DNA of 64,000 nt from Phycisphaeraceae bacterium. GTDB taxonomy: Bacteria > Planctomycetota > Phycisphaerae > Phycisphaerales > Phycisphaeraceae. Shown in pieces: positions 1 to 9,235 of the stretch. The stretch spans positions 4,000,001-4,064,000 of the forward strand of contig OY771506.1 of NCBI GenBank assembly GCA_963674705.1, written 5' to 3'. A program made the position numbers and the translations under genes. Under the pieces are notes generated by a model. It was not told the DNA's origin. It saw nothing but the letters and a program-made list of their open reading frames with translations, and made no database searches. The first letter of the stretch is position 1, and every line of letters starts with the position of its first letter.

Positions 1-1140
1 GTTTCGGCCATAAATCGCCTGGAAAAGGTCGGATTGCTCGGTCTTCGTCGGCAAGCCCGTCGCCGGTCCACCACGTTGCACGTTCACGACCACCAACGGC
101 AACTCAGTCATCACTGCAAGGCCGATCGCTTCACCCTTCAGAGCGACGCCCGGCCCGGACGTGCCCGTTACGCCAAGCTGTCCGGCATACGATGCACCGA
201 TCGCCGCACAGACCGCCGCGATCTCGTCCTCCGCCTGGAACGTCTTGACGCCGTACTGACGCATCCCCGCCAGGGAGTGCAGCACGCTGCTGGCAGGCGT
301 GATCGGATAGCTGCAGTAGCACACGTCTTTACCCGCAAGCTTCGCCGCCGCGACAAGACCCATCGCGACCGCCTCATTGCCCGTGATCTTCCGGTATTTG
401 CCCGGCTCGATCGTGGCACGCTCCACGTGGTACTGCGTGGGGAACAACTCCGCCGTCTCGCCGAAGTAGAAACCGCTCTTCAGCGCCGCGATATTGGCCT
501 CAGCGACCTGCGGCAGGTTCTTCTTCTTGCCGAAGTACGCGTTGATCTGCGCGATCGTCGTATCCAGCGGCCGATCGTACAGCCAGTACACGATCCCCAG
601 CGCATACATGTTCTTGCAGCGGTTGATGTCTTTCGCGCCCAGCCCCGTCACTTCCAGCGCCTCATTGTTCAGCCGGGTGATCGGTACCTTGAACAGCTGA
701 TACTTGCGGTTTTTTTCCGGATCATCCAGCGGGTTCTCGCCCTCGTCGTAGCCGGCCTTGCGAAGGTTGACCTTCTCGAACTCCGACTCGTTGACGATCA
801 CGATCCCGCCGGGCTCGACATCGTCGATGTGAGCCTTGAACGCCGCCGGGTTCATCGCGATCAGCGCGTTGACCTTGTCGCCGGGCGTGTGGATGTCCTG
901 GCTGGAGAAGTTGATCTGGAAACCAGACACACCCGCGACCGTCCCGACCGGCGCGCGGATTTCCGCGGGATAGTCAGGCAAGGTAGCGATGTCGTTGCCG
1001 ACCACGGCCGAGGTCGTGGTGAACTGCGTGCCGGCGAGCTGCATACCATCACCGGAATCTCCGGCAAATCGCACGACCGCTGACCTGATTTCGTGGGTGG
1101 GTTTGGTGTTGGACTTAGACGTCACTGTCCCCGTGCCCAT
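1..1140 (-). CDS. korA: 2-oxoacid:ferredoxin oxidoreductase subunit alpha (runs off the window start)
   Basis: Manual minus-strand translation from ATG 1140: MGTGTVTSKSNTKPTHEIRSAVVRFAGDSGDGMQLAGTQFT, later FPAEIRAPVGT and GSYPITPAS. Missing from the ORF track because its stop lies outside the window. Confidence 0.92.
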   Translation of the reverse strand, partial: MGTGTVTSKSNTKPTHEIRSAVVRFAGDSGDGMQLAGTQFTTTSAVVGNDIATLPDYPAEIRAPVGTVAGVSGFQINFSSQDIHTPGDKVNALIAMNPAAFKAHIDDVEPGGIVIVNESEFEKVNLRKAGYDEGENPLDDPEKNRKYQLFKVPITRLNNEALEVTGLGAKDINRCKNMYALGIVYWLYDRPLDTTIAQINAYFGKKKNLPQVAEANIAALKSGFYFGETAELFPTQYHVERATIEPGKYRKITGNEAVAMGLVAAAKLAGKDVCYCSYPITPASSVLHSLAGMRQYGVKTFQAEDEIAAVCAAIGASYAGQLGVTGTSGPGVALKGEAIGLAVMTELPLVVVNVQRGGPATGLPTKTEQSDLFQAIYGRN

Positions 1141-1321
1141 GAGAGGCGACTCCTTCCCCGGAGCATAAAGCGGACTTTGGTTCCGCCGTGAAACCTAACG
1201 AGTGATTGTATCCTCGACAGACCGTTACACAAACGGCCAGTTTTCGATTTATTAACGCTCTCCGACTGCTAATAAGTCGGGTTAGTCTGATGTATGTATA
1301 TCCAACCGGTTCCCTCCAAGA

Positions 1322-1717
1322 TTAGTCCGCCGCGGTGATCGCATTCGCAAGCGCCATACCCGCGAACACCATCACGATGCCAAGCCCGTTATTGGCAAGC
1401 AGGTTCACCCCCGCCCACAGGTAGTCCGATTGCTTGGCCAGGGCTGTGGTGTGGAATGCGTAAGTCGAAAATGTGGTTAATGACCCTAGAAAACCGCCCA
1501 TCAGCGCGATCGCCATCGGCGTCTCCAGTTGCAGTTTCATGTCCGCACGCGCCCAGACCAGGCCGAACAGGAAGCAGCCCAGCAGATTCACCACCAGTGT
1601 GCCTATCTTCCATGGACCGATCGGGGTCTGGTCGATTAACGCGGTAAGCAGGTACCGACAAACCGCGCCCAACGCTCCGCCCAGAGCGACCCACAAGATG
1701 AGGCTCATCGACCGCAC
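1322..1717 (-). CDS. crcB: Fluoride efflux channel CrcB/FluC
   Basis: GGALGAVCRY, GTLVVNLLGCF and GFLGSLTTFSTY motifs; GAAGGAG RBS before GTG. Confidence 0.95.
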   Translation of the reverse strand: MRSMSLILWVALGGALGAVCRYLLTALIDQTPIGPWKIGTLVVNLLGCFLFGLVWARADMKLQLETPMAIALMGGFLGSLTTFSTYAFHTTALAKQSDYLWAGVNLLANNGLGIVMVFAGMALANAITAAD

Positions 1718-1895
1718 AACGTCTCCTTCATAGAGAGACCGACAACATGCCGGCCGATCGTGGCGGAAAAGTTAAGGATTGTAAGCTTATGGTGCCCGGC
1801 CCGCCAGATTCAGGTTTTCCAGAAACCTCTGGACCGAGCCATGTTGCGTGAATACTGTTAGAATCTCAAACCTAACAAGAGCAGGGCGGCTTGGC

Positions 1896-2609
1896 ATGAA
1901 CAAACGTACAAACAACGAACAAACATCAAAATGGATATCGCTGCTGACCAGCGCGCTGGTCACCGCGGTATTGATCACATTGCTTACCGGCTGCGACGAT
2001 GACGAAATCCGTGCGTATCAGTCGCCCAAGTCCGATCCATACTCAGAGCCCAAACTGTTGATCGGCATGGACGGTATGGGGGGGATGGATGGGATGCAGG
2101 CGCCGGCCTCGACAAGCAAGAACACCATCGGCTGGCACGTCCCCGACGACTGGATCGAAGACCCCAACGCGTCCAGCATCCTCACCGCCGCGTACATCGT
2201 GCAAGGTGAGACCGGCGACGCACGCATCACTGTCACCAAACTCGGCAGCGGTGGCGGCGGCGTTCTGGCTAATATCAATCGCTGGCGCGGCCAGGTCGGG
2301 CTTGATCCGATCGAATCTATCGACGCACAGGAGAAAGTAAGCGTTCAGGTGGATGATCAAACCTGTGACCTGATCGATCTTGTAAAGCCTGAAAATGCAG
2401 GCCAAACCATGATCGACCGCATGATGGTCGTCATGCTCCCACGGCCACAAGACGGGCTGACCTGGTACTTCAAGATGACCGGCTCGGTCGATGCACTTGA
2501 GGAACATAAGCCGGCGTTTATCACCTTCGTCGAGTCCATCAAGTTCGGCGTCGAACAAGCACCGACCGAACCAAACGAACCGGCAAGCGCGGGAGACGCC
2601 GGTGAATAA
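1896..2609 (+). CDS. Putative lipoprotein heading the cytochrome c maturation operon
   Basis: Lipobox LTGC; motif GGVLANINRWRGQVGL; stop overlaps the next gene. Confidence 0.75.
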   Translation: MNKRTNNEQTSKWISLLTSALVTAVLITLLTGCDDDEIRAYQSPKSDPYSEPKLLIGMDGMGGMDGMQAPASTSKNTIGWHVPDDWIEDPNASSILTAAYIVQGETGDARITVTKLGSGGGGVLANINRWRGQVGLDPIESIDAQEKVSVQVDDQTCDLIDLVKPENAGQTMIDRMMVVMLPRPQDGLTWYFKMTGSVDALEEHKPAFITFVESIKFGVEQAPTEPNEPASAGDAGE

Positions 2610-3798
2610 ATCCATCAAGAAAGCACTTGCGCCGATCGCATCGTTGAAGCTGACGGTGCTGCTTTTCGTATTAGCGATGATCCTCATATTCGTCGGCACG
2701 ATCGCGCAGAAAGAAATCGGCAACTGGCAGGTCGTCAACACCTACTTCCGATCCTTGTGGTTGATGATGCCCATCGGGATCGCGGGCATCAAGGTCCCGT
2801 TCGTCGGCGGGTACACGATCGGCGGACTGATGGTCATCAACCTGATCGCCGCCCATATCGTGCGGTTCAAGCTGGACGAGAAACGCATCGGGATCATCCT
2901 TACCCATGCCGGATTAATCATGCTGATCGTCGGCGAGGTACTCACCGGCTTGTTCGCGGTCGAGTGGCAGATGCGGATCGAAGAAGGGCAGACCGTCAAC
3001 TACGCGGTCGACATCCGGTCGGTCGAGTTGGCGATTGTCGACCCTTCGCCGGAGGATCACGACGACGTGGTGGTCATCCCCGAGTCGATTTTGGAGCGTC
3101 ACAACAACGGCCTGACGATCCACGACGATCGGCTGCCGTTCGATGTGCAGGTTTTGACCTGGATGTCAAATTCGAGCGTGCTCGCTCCACGTTTTGCACC
3201 ACCCGATGGGCGCACAAACCCTGCGCGTTCGGGCCTTGGGCGCACAATCCAGGTCATACCGGCCCCGCCGGTCAGCGGCGTGAACATGAACGGGCTCGAC
3301 GCCCCCTCGGCATACATCCGGCTGAGCAAAAAAGGGCAAGATCTGGGAACCTATTTGGTCAGTCTTAACTTCGAGTTCATCGCCGACGAGACCCGCCAGG
3401 CGGTAACCGTCGACGACAAGACCTACCTGATCGAGCTGCGCTACGTCCGGGACTACAAGCCGTACTCGATCACGCTGATCGACTTCAAGCACGACAAGTT
3501 CATCGGCACGCAGATCCCGAAGAACTTTTCAAGCGAAGTCAGGCTCGTCGACCCGACGACCGGCGAAGATCGACCGGCACTGATCTACATGAACCATCCG
3601 CTTCGCTATCGGCCGCTGAACTCGCGCGGCGAGACGATGTATCAAAGCAGCTATATAGGCGATACGACAACGGTATTGCAGATCGTGCGTAATCCGAGCT
3701 GGATCGTGCCGTATGTTGCTTGTGCGATCGTGTCAATTGGTTTAGCGACGCACTTCGGATTGATGCTGATCAAGTTCGTTGGGAGGGCGCGGCGATGA
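2602..3798 (+). CDS. resB: Cytochrome c biogenesis protein ResB/CcsB-like
   Basis: ASLKLTVLLF..GTIAQ, GIILTHAGL, PKNFSSEV, IYMNHPLRY, YQSSY; coupled to ccsA by ATGA overlap. Confidence 0.85.
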   Translation: MNKSIKKALAPIASLKLTVLLFVLAMILIFVGTIAQKEIGNWQVVNTYFRSLWLMMPIGIAGIKVPFVGGYTIGGLMVINLIAAHIVRFKLDEKRIGIILTHAGLIMLIVGEVLTGLFAVEWQMRIEEGQTVNYAVDIRSVELAIVDPSPEDHDDVVVIPESILERHNNGLTIHDDRLPFDVQVLTWMSNSSVLAPRFAPPDGRTNPARSGLGRTIQVIPAPPVSGVNMNGLDAPSAYIRLSKKGQDLGTYLVSLNFEFIADETRQAVTVDDKTYLIELRYVRDYKPYSITLIDFKHDKFIGTQIPKNFSSEVRLVDPTTGEDRPALIYMNHPLRYRPLNSRGETMYQSSYIGDTTTVLQIVRNPSWIVPYVACAIVSIGLATHFGLMLIKFVGRARR

Positions 3799-5729
3799 AG
3801 AAGGTCACGCTATGGCTGCCGCTGGTTGCCGTGCTTCTGAGCGTGTTTGTATTGGTTCGACCGATCATGCCCAAGCAGACGGTCGGCGCTTATAACCTGG
3901 ATGCGTTGGGCAAGCTGCCGGTATCTGCCGGTGGCCGCACCAAGCCGTTGGATTCCGTGGCGCGTAACAGCCTGATGATCATCAGCGATCGACAGACGGC
4001 CACCGCAAACAATCAACGCATCAGCGCGATGCGCTGGATGGCGGATGTCATCTCGCAACGGCCGGAAACCGAGAGTTATGAAGTCTTCCGCATCGATCAC
4101 CCGGACGTCCGCAGCCTGCTGGGTGAAGTGCCGGATAAACAGAAGCGTTTCAGCTTCAATCAGTTGCTCATGCACAGTCAGGCTATCAACGAGCAGCTTG
4201 CACTTGTGCGTGGCATCGATCCGAAGGACTTTACGATCTATCAGAAGCACTTGATGGAGCTTGCGGATCATGTCCAGATGTTCCAGGACATCCGGCATCG
4301 CCTGACGCCGTACATGCTGCCGCCGTTGAGCCCGGGCGAAAACTGGCGGCCGCTTGCACCCGAAATGGTGGTCGTCGAGGGGCATCCCGATCCGTCCGTG
4401 GCTGCGCAGTATTGGAAGAAAATCCTCGACGCTTACCAGCAGCAGAATCCGCAGGAATTCAACCAGCAGGTGGCCGAATACACCACGCTATTGAATAGCG
4501 ACATGCCCGCAGTGATGCGCAAGGCAAAGTTCGAGGTGTTCTTCAACAACTTACAGCCTTTCTACCAAGGGACGGTGCTGTACGTGCTGGCGTTCCTGCT
4601 GGGCGCAATCGCGTTACTGGCATCCAACATAAAGAATGGTACGCTGGCAATTGCACTACGGCGTGCGATGGTTAGCGTCATCGTGGTGACGTTTATCATC
4701 CATACTTTCGGGTTGGCAGCGCGGGTGTACATGCAGGGCTACGCCCCGGTCACGAACCTGTATTCCTCGGCGGTTTTCATCGGTTGGTTCTGCGTGGCGA
4801 TGGGCCTGTTCATGGAGTGGCTGTTCAAGAACGGGCTGGGCAGTTGCTTGTCAGCAGTGATCGGGTTCGTCACGCTGATTATTGCGCATAACCTCGCCGA
4901 CGGCGACACGATGCAGATGATGCAGGCGGTACTCGATTCCAACTTCTGGCTGACGACGCACGTCATCGCCGTGACGATCGGTTACTCGGCGATGTTTATG
5001 GCAGGCGTGATCTCGATAGTTTTTGTTGCTTTGGCAGTACACGGGCAGTGCGTATCAGAATACCGTGGAAGAGTATTGGCAACCTTAGTCGGTGCCTCGT
5101 TGTTTACTTTAGTCGCAATTGCCCTCGCAATCGTTCTTACTCTGTTTGCGATTCCGCAATTTGCGATCCGCAGTGTTCTACTGTTGACAGGCTATACATC
5201 GTTGTTTTATGTCATATTTGTCGGTGCCGTTTACCTGCTGTCACTTCTTCCATGGCGGCCTGACACCTCGGAAGTTCAAAAAATCCTGGGCAAGATGATC
5301 TACGGCACGATCGCGTTTGCGTTGCTGTTCAGCTTCGTCGGGACGGTGCTGGGCGGTATCTGGGCGGACCAGAGCTGGGGGCGATTCTGGGGCTGGGACC
5401 CGAAGGAAAACGGCGCGGTGCTGATCGTATTGATGAACGCGCTGATCCTTCACGCACGCTGGGGCGGGATGATCCGGATGCGCGGCGTCGCGGTGCTGGC
5501 GGTCTTCGGCAACATCGTCACCGCATGGAGCTGGTTCGGCACGAACATGCTCGGCGTCGGCCTGCACAGCTACGGCTTCATGGATAAGGCGGTTATCTGG
5601 ATGCTCATCTTTGTCGGAAGCCAACTGGCGATCATGACCGCGGGAATGCTGCCGATCGATAAGTGGAAGAGTCATCCAACGCAGAAGCGCAGGCAGAAAG
5701 CCGCTGCTGAAGCGCCGCAGACGACGTGA
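3795..5729 (+). CDS. ccsA: Cytochrome c biogenesis protein CcsA/ResC (system II)
   Basis: WWD motif LGGIWADQSWGRFWGWDPKE; APVTNLYSS; WLTTHV; GVGLHSYG. Confidence 0.95.
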   Translation: MKKVTLWLPLVAVLLSVFVLVRPIMPKQTVGAYNLDALGKLPVSAGGRTKPLDSVARNSLMIISDRQTATANNQRISAMRWMADVISQRPETESYEVFRIDHPDVRSLLGEVPDKQKRFSFNQLLMHSQAINEQLALVRGIDPKDFTIYQKHLMELADHVQMFQDIRHRLTPYMLPPLSPGENWRPLAPEMVVVEGHPDPSVAAQYWKKILDAYQQQNPQEFNQQVAEYTTLLNSDMPAVMRKAKFEVFFNNLQPFYQGTVLYVLAFLLGAIALLASNIKNGTLAIALRRAMVSVIVVTFIIHTFGLAARVYMQGYAPVTNLYSSAVFIGWFCVAMGLFMEWLFKNGLGSCLSAVIGFVTLIIAHNLADGDTMQMMQAVLDSNFWLTTHVIAVTIGYSAMFMAGVISIVFVALAVHGQCVSEYRGRVLATLVGASLFTLVAIALAIVLTLFAIPQFAIRSVLLLTGYTSLFYVIFVGAVYLLSLLPWRPDTSEVQKILGKMIYGTIAFALLFSFVGTVLGGIWADQSWGRFWGWDPKENGAVLIVLMNALILHARWGGMIRMRGVAVLAVFGNIVTAWSWFGTNMLGVGLHSYGFMDKAVIWMLIFVGSQLAIMTAGMLPIDKWKSHPTQKRRQKAAAEAPQTT

Positions 5730-5769
5730 TTGATTGTTGTATGGATGTGGCGTTTGCCGTTTACAGCCC

Positions 5770-5786
5770 GCGTTGCGTCGCAACGC
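5770..5786. repeat. REP-like hairpin GCGTTGCG-T-CGCAACGC
   Basis: Perfect 8-bp inverted repeat, preceded by AGCCC. Confidence 0.55.
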
Positions 5787-5823
5787 TGCTATGAAAGAAG
5801 TTAAAACGTAAACGCAATCAATC

Positions 5824-5949
5824 CGGCCCTCACCCTAGCCCTCTCCCGCGGGGAGAGGGGACCAGATTGATGTAATAACGGGGCATGAATGAGCGGACAG
5901 TTGAGGAAGTTCGGCCCTCACCCCGGCCCTCTCCCAGGGGGAGAGGGAG
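5824..5949 (+). repeat. Two direct copies of a ~38-bp CCCTCACCCYRGCCCTCTCCC..GGGAGAGGG REP-like element
   Basis: Copies at 5824-5861 and 5912-5949; further copies at 17777-17896. Confidence 0.9.
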
Positions 5950-6548
5950 GAAGATGTTCGCGTGCGTTTTATCGGCGGGAGCCGGTGGTGGTGGCCAAGG
6001 CGCTACTGGGCCAGCGATTAGTGCGGGTGCTCGATGGGAAGCGTATCGCGGGGACGATCGTGGAAGTCGAAGCGTACCTGGGTGCAGCGGACAAGGCGGC
6101 GCATACATCTAATGGTCGACGCACGGCCCGCAATGAGTCGATGTGGGGCGATGGCGGGCATGCTTACGTGTACTTCACGTACGGGATGCACTATTGCATG
6201 AACGTGGTGGCGTCGAAGGTGGACGACCCGGTGGCGGTCTTGATCCGCGCGATCGAGCCGAGCGAGGGGGTGGAAGGGATGTTTAAGCGTCGCAAGGCTG
6301 CGAAGAAGCAGACGGACCTGTGCTCCGGGCCGGCGAAGTTGTGCCAGGCGTTAGGGATCGATCGTGAACTGGACGGACACGATTTAGTCAATGGTGAACA
6401 ATTGTTTATCGAACAGTTGCGAAAAACAGCGATGCCGGCAAGCAAGATCGTGACATCCGCGCGGATTGGGGTAGGGTATGCGGAGGAATGGGCGGACAAA
6501 CCGCTGCGGTTTTATGTCAAGGATAATCCCTATATCAGCAAGAAGTGA
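5889..6548 (+). CDS. mpg: DNA-3-methyladenine glycosylase (MPG/AAG family)
   Basis: IVEVEAYLG..D.AAH, GHAYVYFTYGMHYCMNVV, AVLIRAIEP, GPAKLCQAL, RIGV. Confidence 0.93.
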   Translation: MSGQLRKFGPHPGPLPGGEGGRCSRAFYRREPVVVAKALLGQRLVRVLDGKRIAGTIVEVEAYLGAADKAAHTSNGRRTARNESMWGDGGHAYVYFTYGMHYCMNVVASKVDDPVAVLIRAIEPSEGVEGMFKRRKAAKKQTDLCSGPAKLCQALGIDRELDGHDLVNGEQLFIEQLRKTAMPASKIVTSARIGVGYAEEWADKPLRFYVKDNPYISKK

Positions 6549-7288
6549 TGAGCGAATTGGTCAACTGGACAATGCGGAAGCTGCCGAACTGTGAGATCAC
6601 GGTCGGGCTGTGTGCGTGGCGTTTGTCGATGCTGGCGGGAGAAGATGCGGAATATGTGAAGTCGCATCCGTCGCTGATCGTGGTCGATCCTGCGGATGAG
6701 GATGCGCTGCTGGCAAGTGTGGGGCGTGAATTGGGCGATTTGCCGGTACTGCTGGGGATCGCGGAGCCGGCGTTCAGCAGGCAGTTAGAGGGGGAGATCC
6801 TGAGGCGGATGGCACTACTGGGCCGGCAGCGTGTAGATGCGTTGGTGCTACACGTGCAGGACCCGGCGGAGGTGAAGAGCGGCGGGATGCTGCAAACCTT
6901 GTTCACGCTGCGAGAAAAGGGCGTGGCGGGCATTCTGGGGCTGGCACACCGTGATGGTCGGGCGGCGGAATGGCTGAGCCAGAACGCGGCTGTACGGCTT
7001 CTAGGCGTGAATTATTCGTTAGAAGATCAATCTGCGGCTTTTAGAATGCTGGATAGTGCAAGAGAATACGGGATGGATACGTTTGGACTTGTATGTCCGG
7101 AAAGCGTTGAGGCGATCCGGTTCGCTCTGGCTGAGCACGAGCGTGTGCTGGCGGTGCTGGATCGTCCTATCCCGGCGGGGCTTGAGCCGATGACCGAAAA
7201 GCAGCGGGAGCAAGCCTGGAACAATTACAAACTCGGCCACAGTGAGCCGGCGAAGCTGCCCCGAGGCCTGCCGCCTGAGGTGGAATGA
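6548..7288 (+). CDS. Degenerate aldo/keto reductase-like protein
   Basis: LGRQRVDALVLH and LFTLREKGVAGILGL resemble the AKR core; N-terminal catalytic motifs not evident. Confidence 0.55.
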   Translation: MSELVNWTMRKLPNCEITVGLCAWRLSMLAGEDAEYVKSHPSLIVVDPADEDALLASVGRELGDLPVLLGIAEPAFSRQLEGEILRRMALLGRQRVDALVLHVQDPAEVKSGGMLQTLFTLREKGVAGILGLAHRDGRAAEWLSQNAAVRLLGVNYSLEDQSAAFRMLDSAREYGMDTFGLVCPESVEAIRFALAEHERVLAVLDRPIPAGLEPMTEKQREQAWNNYKLGHSEPAKLPRGLPPEVE

Positions 7289-7430
7289 ATGATTGACGGT
7301 CCGGGTGACGACTTAGCAGTCCGGGCCAAGTAAGGGTATGATTGATACTGGCCGATAAAGTGTGGTCGCAGTATGACCCGACGCGTAAAATGATGTGTGG
7401 CCGAACCCAGACGACCCGGTGCTGAACCCA

Positions 7431-9023
7431 ATGACCGATCCGACTTCTCCGCAAGAACCCACCCCGTCTACCCCTAACGCCTCTTCGCCGGACCAGGCAC
7501 TTGAGCAAGAGATTGCTGATGCGCTTGGCGGCAAGAGTGTCGAAGAGCTGATGGCGGAAGATGAACAGCAACCCCAGGCCGAAGACGCCAAGCAACAGGA
7601 CGAAGCGGGGCATCCCGACATGCGTCACGAAGTGCGTCGCGGCCGCATCGCGGCGATCCGTGGCGACGATGTGTTCGTCGAGTTGACCGGCGACACGGGC
7701 AAGATGCAGGGCGTCGTGCCGGCGTCACAGTTCGATCGTCCGCCACGCTTGGGTTCGATCATGGACTTCGTGGTCGACCATGTCGATGAAGCTCAGGGGC
7801 TGATCTTCCTGTCGCGTGAGGGCGCGATCAACCGTGCGACGTGGGAACAATTGCAGCGCGGCGCGGTGGTCGAGGCCCGTGTGGTCGCCAAGAACAAGGG
7901 CGGGCTCGAGCTTGAGATGCCCGGCGGGATCGCGGCGTTCATGCCCGCCAGCCAGATCGACATCCACCACGTGGAAGACCTGGAGCAGTTCGTCGGGCAG
8001 AAGCTCGAAGCGATCGTGCAGGAGATCGACCGTAAATCGAAGAAGGTCGTACTCAGCCGAAAGCACCTGATGGTCGATCGGCAGGCGAAGGAAAAAGAAA
8101 AGCTGATTTCCGACCTGGAAGTTGGTCAGGTTCGCGAGGGCAAGGTGTCGAACATCGTCGACTTCGGCGCGTTCGTGGACCTGGGCGGGATCGACGGGCT
8201 GGTGCATGTGTCTGACATGAGCTACTCGCACGTCGATAAGCCGAAGGATGTTTTGAAGGTCGGCCAGTCTGTGTCGGTGAAGGTTTTGAAGATCGACATG
8301 GAGAACCAACGAATCAGCCTGGGCCTGAAGCAGGTCGAGCCGGACCCGTGGGAATCGGTCGGCGAGAAGGTGAAGGTTGGCGACCAGATCTCGGCACGCG
8401 TGATCCGCAACGCGAGCTTCGGCTCGTTCATCGAGGTTGAGCCCGGTATCGAAGGGTTGCTGCCGATCAGCGAGATGAGCTGGAAACGTATTCACAAGCC
8501 TGACGAAGTGATCAAGGAAGGGGATGTGGTTCGTCTGGCTGTGATCGGCGTGGACCTTGGCAAGCACCGCATCACGCTGAGCCTGAAGCAGGCGCAGGGC
8601 GATCCGTGGGTGGGCGCTGAGCATAAGTATGCGAAGGAAAGCCTGGTCGACGGGCGGGTCCTTGGTACGACGGACTTCGGCGCGTTTGTCGAATTAGAGA
8701 CCGGCGTCGAAGGATTGGTGCATATTTCCGAGCTGGCGGACAAGCACGTAGCAAAGGTGACGGACGTGTTGAACGTCGGCGACACCAAGCAGTTCCGTGT
8801 GCTGGATATCAGCGAGACCGACCGGAAGGTGCGGCTGTCGCTCAAGGCGGTGAACAAGCCCGTCGGTGAGGCGGCCGATCCGCACAAGGCATCCAAGCAG
8901 GACATGAAACACCACCAGGCCAAGGCGGCGCAGCGTAAGCCGCGTAAGGACCTGAAGGGCGGCATGGAAGCCAAGAGCCTGGGCCAGGGTCTTGGTAGTT
9001 TGAATCTGGATGATTTTAAATGA
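7431..9023 (+). CDS. S1 RNA-binding repeat protein (30S ribosomal protein S1 homologue or paralogue)
   Basis: Repeated S1 motifs FGAFVDLGGIDGLVHVSDMS, FGSFIEVEPGIEGLLPISEMS, FGAFVELETGVEGLVHISEL. Confidence 0.9.
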   Translation: MTDPTSPQEPTPSTPNASSPDQALEQEIADALGGKSVEELMAEDEQQPQAEDAKQQDEAGHPDMRHEVRRGRIAAIRGDDVFVELTGDTGKMQGVVPASQFDRPPRLGSIMDFVVDHVDEAQGLIFLSREGAINRATWEQLQRGAVVEARVVAKNKGGLELEMPGGIAAFMPASQIDIHHVEDLEQFVGQKLEAIVQEIDRKSKKVVLSRKHLMVDRQAKEKEKLISDLEVGQVREGKVSNIVDFGAFVDLGGIDGLVHVSDMSYSHVDKPKDVLKVGQSVSVKVLKIDMENQRISLGLKQVEPDPWESVGEKVKVGDQISARVIRNASFGSFIEVEPGIEGLLPISEMSWKRIHKPDEVIKEGDVVRLAVIGVDLGKHRITLSLKQAQGDPWVGAEHKYAKESLVDGRVLGTTDFGAFVELETGVEGLVHISELADKHVAKVTDVLNVGDTKQFRVLDISETDRKVRLSLKAVNKPVGEAADPHKASKQDMKHHQAKAAQRKPRKDLKGGMEAKSLGQGLGSLNLDDFK

Positions 9024-9235
9024 GCCGTTAGCTTTTTTGCCGTTAGCCATTAGGAAGAGGGGGAATGGTTGAGGGTGAGGGTAATGGTGTGGTTGTGGTG
9101 TGGGATGCGGGATGTGGCAGCAAGCTGCCACGCTAAACGGGGAGGGGGCGTGGGGTTGCGGATGGGCGGGGAGCGTTGTGGTTTATTGCATTTTCTTTTT
9201 TTAGCTAACGGCTAAGGGCTAATGGCTAACGGCTC
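9022..9235. repeat. Inverted element with 7-nt-unit arms (GCCRTTA / TAAYGGC) enclosing a GTGGCAGC-AA-GCTGCCAC hairpin
   Basis: Left arm 9022-9053, right arm 9202-9235, internal hairpin 9114-9131. Confidence 0.8.

Noticed and set aside
34..1083. 349-aa plus-strand ORF
   Set aside because: Antisense shadow of korA, which carries clear family motifs on the minus strand.
1718..1850. Fluoride riboswitch upstream of crcB
   Set aside because: The GGCGATGG..TCCGCC..GCTGATGAC-type consensus was not found by eye; an Infernal search would settle it.
5824..5949. CRISPR mini-array
   Set aside because: Only two non-identical repeats, the same unit occurs inverted elsewhere, and there are no cas genes.
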